Shown: piece after piece, positions 57,562-64,000 of the stretch
Position numbering within the stretch: the stretch's first letter is position 1
Layout: each line of letters opens with the position of its first letter
Assembly: GCA_964398475.1 (NCBI GenBank)
Contig: CAYNMP010000003.1
Location: 137,269 to 201,268 of the forward strand
From: an uncultured Chitinophagaceae bacterium
Lineage (GTDB): Bacteria; Bacteroidota; Bacteroidia; Chitinophagales; LD1
DNA length: 64,000 bases
Direction: 5' to 3'
The notes under the pieces: generated by a model
Seen by the model: the letters and a program-made list of their open reading frames with translations, nothing else
What the model was told of the DNA's origin: nothing
Database searches by the model: none
Position numbers and translations under genes: made by a program

Positions 57562-60015
57562 ATGTCTTCCGTAGTTACGTATTGCGATGTGCTTTTACCG
57601 CTGGCCTTGCCACAGCGCTATAGCTATGCCATTCCATTTGATTTGGTGGAGTTTGTGCGCATAGGGCAGCGGGTAATTGTGCAGTTCGGGAAGAACAAGT
57701 ATTACTCGGCTATTGTTTGCGACATCCATCACCGCAAACCGGCATTCGATGCCAAACTCATCGATTCCATTGCCGATGAATTTCCGATTGTCACCACAAC
57801 GCAACTGCAGTTTTGGAAATGGATGTCGGATTACTACATGAGCACCGAAGGCGAAGTGATGAGCGCTGCGCTCCCTGAAGGGTTGAAACTGAACAGCGAA
57901 ACAAAAATCGTGTTCAACGAACAATACAATGGCGATTACGATAGTCTTTCTGGCGATGAATTTCTGATTGTGCAAATGCTAAAAGCACAGCGCGAAATTA
58001 CCATCACTCAAATTCAAAAAGCGCTGGCGAAGAAACATGTATATCGTTTGCTCAAGCCTATTTTCAATTTAGGTATTGCCTTTACAGCCGAAGAATTTGT
58101 TCCGAAGTACAAAACCAAAACGGAGAATTATATTCGGTTAGCTACAGTATACGAGGACGCTAAAAAGCTCGAAGACTTATTCGGAGAACTGAATCGAGCA
58201 CCAAAACAGTGCGATTTGTTGTTGTCGTTTTTGCAAATTTCCAAACAAACGCGATTTGTGCGTAGGGCTGAACTGCTTGCCAAGAGCGGAGCTTCGGCCA
58301 CCATACTCAATGGTTTGTTGGAAAAGAAAGTATTCGAACAAGTGCGTGTGGAAGTTTCTCGTCTGGGTACTTTCTACGAAGATAGTGGTGTTGAAATCAA
58401 TTTATCCGAAGCGCAGCAAACCGCTATGAATGCTATTGAGCAGCAATTTGAATCGAAGCAAACGGTGCTCTTGCATGGCGTTACCGGAAGTGGGAAAACA
58501 GAAATTTATATTCAACTCATTAAAAAGCAATTGGAAGCCGGCAAACAGATTTTGTATTTGTTACCCGAAATTGCATTAACGGCACAAATTATCAACCGAC
58601 TGAAAAATTATTTTGGTTCGGTATTAGGCGTGTATCACTCGAAATTCAATTTGCACGAACGGGTAGAGATTTGGCATAAAGTATTGAGTGGCGAATACAA
58701 AATTATTGTTGCCGCTCGTTCCGGTATTTTTCTTCCGTTCCAACAATTAGGTTTGTTGATTGTGGATGAAGAACACGACTCTTCCTACAAGCAAACCGAT
58801 CCATCGCCTCGTTATCATGCACGCGATGCAGGTATTGTTTTGGCGAACCTTCATCAAGCTAAAGTGTTGCTGGGTTCTGCCACGCCATCGCTGGAAACCC
58901 TTTACAATTGCGAGAAACAGAAGTTTGGCTTAGTGCGTTTGGAAGAACGTTTTGCTGCCATGGAAATGCCGGAGGTGAAGCTCGAGAACATGAAATTCAT
59001 TTTGAAGAAAGGCGAAACACCTAAAGTGTTTTCCGACTATTTATTGAATGAAATTCAAGCGCAACTGAATGAGAAAAAACAAGTTATTTTGTTTCACAAT
59101 CGAAGAGGTTTTTCATCGTATCAGATGTGCAAAACCTGTCAGCATATTTATAAATGCAAGTACTGCGATGTGAGTTTAACCTATCACAAATTTCAGCATA
59201 AATTAGTTTGTCATTACTGTGGCTATCAAGAGAAAATAGAACAACATTGTGTAGCTTGTGGTGCGCCCGATTTGGACATTATAGGCAATGGAACCGAGAA
59301 AATTGAGGAAGAAATTGCAGCACAATTTCCGAAAGCGAAAGTGGGTCGATTAGATTTGGATTCGGTGCGTGGAAAGCATGCACATGAGCATATCATCTCC
59401 TCTTTCGAAAATCATGAAATTGATATTTTGGTGGGTACACAAATGGTGTCGAAGGGCCTAGATTTTGATGACGTGGGATTAGTGGGTGTGATACAAGCCG
59501 ATATGTTATTGAATTATCCCGGATTTCGTTCGCATGAAAAAGCATTTCAGCTACTCACCCAAGTGAGTGGTAGAGCCGGACGGAAAAACAAACGCGGTAA
59601 AGTAATTATTCAAACCAATTCGCCCGATAACTATGTGTTACATGCTGTTGTAGCGCACGATTTCAATGCAGTGAAAGCCATGGAAATGCAAAACCGACAA
59701 CAGTTTCATTATCCGCCATTTTGTAGAATGATACAATTGCGTGTGCAAGAAAAGAATGTAATCAAAGCCGATAAGGCCGTATTGTATTTGGCGAATGCCA
59801 TTCGTAAACTCAATCAGAGTGAGGTGTTGGGGCCTTCAGCGCCATTAGTGAGTAAAGTGAATAATTATTATTTGCGCGATGTGATGGTGAAAACGAATGG
59901 AAAAACGAAAGACTTAAGCTCTTTGAAAATAGCTATTCGCGGTATTTTAGACGATATGAAAAGCAATGCCGAATTGAAAAGTATTCGGGTGTTGGTGGAT
60001 GTAGATCCGGCATAA
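57562..60015 (+). CDS. priA: Primosomal protein N-prime (replication restart helicase PriA)
   Basis: 817 aa. Walker A LHGVTGSGKTE, DEEHD box, and the Cys-rich zinc-binding insert CKTCQHIYKCKYCDVSLTYHKFQHKLVCHYCGYQEKIEQHCVACG. Confidence 0.95.
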   Translation: MSSVVTYCDVLLPLALPQRYSYAIPFDLVEFVRIGQRVIVQFGKNKYYSAIVCDIHHRKPAFDAKLIDSIADEFPIVTTTQLQFWKWMSDYYMSTEGEVMSAALPEGLKLNSETKIVFNEQYNGDYDSLSGDEFLIVQMLKAQREITITQIQKALAKKHVYRLLKPIFNLGIAFTAEEFVPKYKTKTENYIRLATVYEDAKKLEDLFGELNRAPKQCDLLLSFLQISKQTRFVRRAELLAKSGASATILNGLLEKKVFEQVRVEVSRLGTFYEDSGVEINLSEAQQTAMNAIEQQFESKQTVLLHGVTGSGKTEIYIQLIKKQLEAGKQILYLLPEIALTAQIINRLKNYFGSVLGVYHSKFNLHERVEIWHKVLSGEYKIIVAARSGIFLPFQQLGLLIVDEEHDSSYKQTDPSPRYHARDAGIVLANLHQAKVLLGSATPSLETLYNCEKQKFGLVRLEERFAAMEMPEVKLENMKFILKKGETPKVFSDYLLNEIQAQLNEKKQVILFHNRRGFSSYQMCKTCQHIYKCKYCDVSLTYHKFQHKLVCHYCGYQEKIEQHCVACGAPDLDIIGNGTEKIEEEIAAQFPKAKVGRLDLDSVRGKHAHEHIISSFENHEIDILVGTQMVSKGLDFDDVGLVGVIQADMLLNYPGFRSHEKAFQLLTQVSGRAGRKNKRGKVIIQTNSPDNYVLHAVVAHDFNAVKAMEMQNRQQFHYPPFCRMIQLRVQEKNVIKADKAVLYLANAIRKLNQSEVLGPSAPLVSKVNNYYLRDVMVKTNGKTKDLSSLKIAIRGILDDMKSNAELKSIRVLVDVDPA

Positions 60016-60130
60016 AATTCGAATATTGAAGTTGTTTTGATTTACTACTTCTTAATGGCTCATCTTCAATGCAAGGAAATTGGAATAGACAAGAGAAATT
60101 TCGCTAATTTCGCTTAAACTCTTTTGTACT

Positions 60131-62566
60131 ATGTCTGTATTTACCTCCCCTAAAGGTTACATTTTATACTTACTACTGTTTTCCTATTTATCGTTAGAAG
60201 CCCAATGGAAGAGAGTTTTAAATCCTAGCAATCTTAATGGAAGCTCTGTTGCTAATAATACTGTTTTTGATGCCGATAAAAATCTATTTGTTCTTTTAGG
60301 AAATTTTGACACTAACTCAATGAATGTATTCATTTCAACTGATAGTGGTAAAACTCAAAGTAGTTCAGCTCAGCTATTAAATATAATTAATGATGTTGCT
60401 GTAATGGGACATAAAATTATTTTTGCTACCGATAGCGGTGTACAGGCAAGTGTCGATACAGGTAAAACATGGTTCCGTTCAAATGTGGGTTTACCTGCGG
60501 ACAAACCCATAGTATGTTTTCATAAAAATGGATCTGCTTTGTATGCTTCAGTTGAGGGAAAGATTTTTAAATCAATAGATTCAAGTGCTTCTTGGACACT
60601 TGCTGCTCCAGCAACAGCTATGGCTTATTTGAATTTCTTATCGGTTGTAGACAGTTCTATTTATACTGGCAACTCAATTGGTTTATATAAATCGGTGAAT
60701 GGGGGCAATTGGATAGATTTGACAAATAGTTTAGGACTTCCATCTACTGATATTACTGCTGCAAAAATTGATGCCAATAAAATAGTTTTAGGGACACGTA
60801 AACAAGGGGTATTTATATCTACCGATGGAGGAATAAACTGGGTTAACAGAAGTAATCAGTTACCTACCTACACTATAAGTGCCGGAACATTTTATTATCA
60901 AGTTAAGCATATTGAATGTATTGGAGCTATTATTTTAATGGCAATTGAAGCTCCAGTATTTCAAAATGGGTTATTCAGATCTGACGATAATGGATTAAGT
61001 TGGCAAAATGTTCAAACAGAACATATGCAGTTTACGCCAACATTTGAAACGTTCAAGCTAATTAATAACACGTTATACGGCTATGAAAAGTATAATGGAG
61101 GTCCACAAACTACTTTAGGTTTAGTAGCGTCTCCTGATACTGCTGTTCATTGGTATTGTATTAATTTCGATTGGAAAATCACTAAAGCAATAGGTAATAT
61201 TTATAACAATAAAAGTTTATTGTTTTGTTCAGAGTTTGCCTCCAATGATAATGGTGAAACTTGGTTCGTTACTGCTCCATTCGCTTCAGAAGTAATTCCA
61301 TATAACGATAGTATTGTCCTGTCCGTTACGAGCTCCAATCCGCAAGATGATACCATCCATATATCGTATGATAATGCTGCCACATGGCAGAATTACAAGA
61401 CGAAAACACCTGCACCATTTTACGACATGTGGAAAGCACTAAACGGTAAAATTTATGAGACTGGTAGTTCATATTATGTGTCGACAGATATCGGGAAAAC
61501 ATGGAATAGCGTTTCGTTTATACCTTTTTCGTCCTCAGCTAACCTCTCTTGTGTTAATGACTTAACTCGATTAAAGGTTTCGCATGATGAAGGCCTTACA
61601 TATAGTAATGTTATTTTCCCGCTAAGATCTGGAGATAATATTTGGAGTTATGATGCCTTAGGCGATAGACTAATAGTAGGCGCTAGAGAAAGTGGTTTGT
61701 TTTTTTCAAAGTTTGATGGTATACAATGGAGTGCCCCAATCTACATGGGTCTTTTGTATGACCCTATAGTTTCCGTTAAACTATTCGGGCGGTATATATT
61801 TGTGGGGATGGACGGATATATAAGATATGTTCATGAAGATGTGCCAACCAACTATTGGCCAATTACAGGTTCATTTTCTGATATCAATACAGGAGCATCT
61901 GGTTATGTCAATTCGATTTCAATCATCGATGGCAATATATTCGCTTCCACCAACAATGGCCTTTGGAAAAATTCTTTACTCGATATTATTCATTGTGACG
62001 CCTACTACACTACAACGTATGATTCAGTTTATAATACCTTTTATTTAGATATTGATCCTATGACACTCACTTTAGCGTCTTCCTATTATTGGGATTTTGG
62101 TGATGGGAGTACCTCAACGTTGAAAACGCCAACACATACTTATACAAAAGACAGTGTATATATTGTTTGTATGAAGGTCTATACTAAAAATGGAGATTCC
62201 TGTCAATACTGTCGTATAATTGGGAAAGATGCACAAGGAAATATTGTACGCAACACAGGTTTTAGTATTAATGTAAGAAATGGAAGCCCTACTAAAACGG
62301 ATGAAGTTAAAGAATTCTCATCTTACGACTTTGCACAAGTCTTTCCTAATCCCTTTTCTGAATCCATTACCATTCTCTTTGAAAATGAACATCAATCACA
62401 TGTAGTGAAAATTTTTGATGTGCTTGGTAAAGAAGTAAAGTCGGCTGTGTTTTCAGGAAGAGAGCTAACATTACCTGGTTTGGATATAAATAGCGGTGTA
62501 TACAATTTAGTTATAATAGACGAGAAAGGAAATAGTATAAAACGAAGAATCGTTGCTAATAACTAG
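60131..62566 (+). CDS. BNR/Asp-box (sortilin/VPS10-like) repeat protein with PKD domain and T9SS CTD
   Basis: 811 aa. About ten SxDxGxTW-type Asp-boxes (STDSGKTQ, SVDTGKTW, STDGGINW, SDDNGLSW, SNDNGETW, STDIGKTW ...). PKD segment WDFGDGSTSTLKTPTHTYTKDSVY. C-terminus VFPNPFSESITILFE...GVYNLVIIDEKGNSIKRRIVANN. Confidence 0.75.
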   Translation: MSVFTSPKGYILYLLLFSYLSLEAQWKRVLNPSNLNGSSVANNTVFDADKNLFVLLGNFDTNSMNVFISTDSGKTQSSSAQLLNIINDVAVMGHKIIFATDSGVQASVDTGKTWFRSNVGLPADKPIVCFHKNGSALYASVEGKIFKSIDSSASWTLAAPATAMAYLNFLSVVDSSIYTGNSIGLYKSVNGGNWIDLTNSLGLPSTDITAAKIDANKIVLGTRKQGVFISTDGGINWVNRSNQLPTYTISAGTFYYQVKHIECIGAIILMAIEAPVFQNGLFRSDDNGLSWQNVQTEHMQFTPTFETFKLINNTLYGYEKYNGGPQTTLGLVASPDTAVHWYCINFDWKITKAIGNIYNNKSLLFCSEFASNDNGETWFVTAPFASEVIPYNDSIVLSVTSSNPQDDTIHISYDNAATWQNYKTKTPAPFYDMWKALNGKIYETGSSYYVSTDIGKTWNSVSFIPFSSSANLSCVNDLTRLKVSHDEGLTYSNVIFPLRSGDNIWSYDALGDRLIVGARESGLFFSKFDGIQWSAPIYMGLLYDPIVSVKLFGRYIFVGMDGYIRYVHEDVPTNYWPITGSFSDINTGASGYVNSISIIDGNIFASTNNGLWKNSLLDIIHCDAYYTTTYDSVYNTFYLDIDPMTLTLASSYYWDFGDGSTSTLKTPTHTYTKDSVYIVCMKVYTKNGDSCQYCRIIGKDAQGNIVRNTGFSINVRNGSPTKTDEVKEFSSYDFAQVFPNPFSESITILFENEHQSHVVKIFDVLGKEVKSAVFSGRELTLPGLDINSGVYNLVIIDEKGNSIKRRIVANN

Positions 62567-62581
62567 CGATGTTTGTTTTAA

Positions 62582-63496
62582 CTAAGCAATAGTTGCCTTT
62601 TCGATTAACCCAACCTTATCAATATTCATAATCAATTTTCCGTTTTCGTCTACATGAAACGGGCGAACGAATTTAGCGCCCCACACAAACTCTTTCGCCA
62701 CAAAAGAATGGCGGCTGTAGATGGTTTGTGAAAAGGTTTCATCAAAGCCTTTGAGCAACACAAAAATTTCCACTTCTTTTTCAAGAATTGCTTTTAAATC
62801 GAAATTTTTCAACGGACTTTCATCGTTGATGATGTGGTTAACCGTCCAACTGGTGGGCATCATCGCTACTTTCGTAATTTGAAGCTCGAGTTGCGCAAAT
62901 GTTCTCACGTTATTTTCCACCCAGCTCAAATTTACGGTGGCTTCCATTTCCATCAAGTTCGAACTACGTTTGTTCGCCACCATAAATTGCAAAGCGCGTT
63001 TATCTTCGAACGGAGTGATGATTACATTCTCGCTGTATTTTATTTTTGCGTTCGGACGCGAAAATCTACCGTAGAGTGTACCGGTGGCCAATGCAAAACT
63101 CATTAAGCCAATGAATGCTTCAAATGAGGCTACAAGATTCGAACTCATATTTGTTGGGTGTATGCCGCCATAACCCACAGTGGTAAAGGTTTGTACCGAA
63201 AAGAAAAAACACTGTTCAATGTTTTTGATTAAACCCTCATCGGTTATACCCGAGAAATGTTCAACTCCAATAAACAGATAACAGATAGCAAAAAGTGCAT
63301 TCATCACGCCATAAAACAAAACCACTGTAAGCCAGTAATGCGACCAACGCGTGTTGATCAACCAGTGGTAAATTTCAAATGGCGAAGCATCTTCACCAAT
63401 GCGTTTGATGTTATAGGTGCCATCGAGGTTGATAGTACGCTGACGACCTTTTTGTGCACCGCGGTCGAGTCCTAAATCGTCTTTTGTTTTCGCCAT
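62582..63496 (-). CDS. Inward-rectifier-type (KirBac-like) potassium channel
   Basis: Start trimmed to ATG 63496 (MAKTKDDLGL...). Canonical filter QTFTTVGYGG between two TM helices. Beta-rich C-terminal cytoplasmic domain. Confidence 0.85.
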   Translation of the reverse strand: MAKTKDDLGLDRGAQKGRQRTINLDGTYNIKRIGEDASPFEIYHWLINTRWSHYWLTVVLFYGVMNALFAICYLFIGVEHFSGITDEGLIKNIEQCFFFSVQTFTTVGYGGIHPTNMSSNLVASFEAFIGLMSFALATGTLYGRFSRPNAKIKYSENVIITPFEDKRALQFMVANKRSSNLMEMEATVNLSWVENNVRTFAQLELQITKVAMMPTSWTVNHIINDESPLKNFDLKAILEKEVEIFVLLKGFDETFSQTIYSRHSFVAKEFVWGAKFVRPFHVDENGKLIMNIDKVGLIEKATIA

Positions 63497-63550
63497 AGCA
63501 TGTATTGGAATTGAGTTGTAAAGTAATGCTTTTAAAGGAAATTTAATGGA

Positions 63551-63583
63551 CCTCACCCCGACCCTCTCCAAAGGAGAGGGGGG
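63551..63583. repeat. Short GC-rich palindromic (REP-like) element
   Basis: ccctctcc (63562-63569) aaa ggagaggg (63573-63580), flanked by cctcaccccga and ggg. It produces the spurious PPSPLERVGV N-terminal extension of the channel ORF. I recall this sequence type as common in Bacteroidota intergenic DNA. Confidence 0.55.
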
Positions 63584-63614
63584 AAGATCGATAAGCTTGA
63601 ACTTTGAGTCGAAC

Positions 63615-63644
63615 AAAAAATCCCGGACCGAAAACCGGCCGGGA
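63615..63644 (-). terminator. Rho-independent terminator after the partial T9SS-cargo gene
   Basis: GC-rich stem tcccgg (63621-63626) / ccggga (63639-63644) with extra pairs. On the minus strand it is followed by tttttt (A run 63615-63620 on +). Lies 27 nt after the stop at 63671. Confidence 0.7.
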
Positions 63645-63670
63645 GTAAAAGGGGATTTGGCTTTTGGTGT

Positions 63671-64000
63671 TTATTCGATCACTAACTTCTGTGTTTGTTG
63701 TTTTGTTTTCACAAGATACATTCCTGCTGAAAGATGGCGAACATCTAATTTGTTTTCGCCTTTTTGCAAATCGCTTTCCAACATCACCTTACCGGAAATA
63801 TCCATTACCAAAATAGGTTGTATCTCATTCGACTCAACGGTCAAAATACCTGTAGTGAGTGGATTTGGATAAATGCTCAATGTAGATTCATTCGCAACAT
63901 TATCGATAGCCACTGTTCCGGCAATACACTTGTATTCATAACGCGTTCTATATCGATAATACGAGCCTGCCGGAAGCCAATTTCTATATTCTTCTTGTGC
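63671..64000 (-). CDS. C-terminal fragment of a larger T9SS-secreted protein (5-prime end outside the window)
   Basis: The frame stays open from 63913 to the window edge (my own translation: ...AQEEYRNWLPAGSYYRYRTRYEYKCIAGTV-AIDNV...). C-terminus LSIYPNPLTTGILTVES...GMYLVKTKQQTQKLVIE is a T9SS CTD. Confidence 0.65.
   Translation of the reverse strand, partial: AQEEYRNWLPAGSYYRYRTRYEYKCIAGTVAIDNVANESTLSIYPNPLTTGILTVESNEIQPILVMDISGKVMLESDLQKGENKLDVRHLSAGMYLVKTKQQTQKLVIE

Noticed and set aside
63497-63616. 40-codon N-terminal extension of the Kir-channel ORF (MFDSKFKLIDLPPSPLERVGVRS...).
   Set aside because: The extension is the translation of the REP-like palindrome and spacer. The channel homology begins at MAKTKDD (ATG 63496).

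Overview
This 64-kb segment looks like a Bacteroidota chromosome. It carries PorP/SprF-family and PorE-like type IX secretion (T9SS) genes, and six proteins end in T9SS C-terminal sorting domains. Hand counts on most 60-nt lines give roughly 35-45% GC. I call about 52 protein-coding genes. I found no rRNA, tRNA, CRISPR array, integrase, transposase or phage genes. Many ORF-track starts are TTG/GTG extensions, and I trimmed them to the first plausible ATG.

Housekeeping content includes a pdhA-like E1 alpha subunit, recF plus a DUF721 gene, pyrG, gcvP, lgt, priA, dcp, Ppx/GppA, two RNA methyltransferases and two K+ channels.

Three things stand out:
1. At 40.6-50.6 kb there is a tightly coupled ten-gene minus-strand operon. 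It encodes a DarB/FabH-like KSIII, a 147-aa unknown, a BtrH-like protein, an ABC exporter, an ACP, a KS, a catalytically dead KS paralogue, a flavin-dependent halogenase and a DUF1702-like protein. This is the best candidate for an undescribed natural-product system. It resembles only part of the known flexirubin/dialkylresorcinol loci.
2. At 32.0-39.6 kb there is a Liu/Atu-like acyl-CoA carboxylase cluster. It carries a BKACE (DUF849) enzyme and a PECR-like reductase but no lyase. Its carboxylase half is far more GC-rich than the surroundings.
3. A family of strongly G/C-skewed intergenic repeats sits directly upstream of both carboxylase genes and, in inverted orientation, upstream of priA.

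All functional calls rest on motif recognition by eye. No database search was run.
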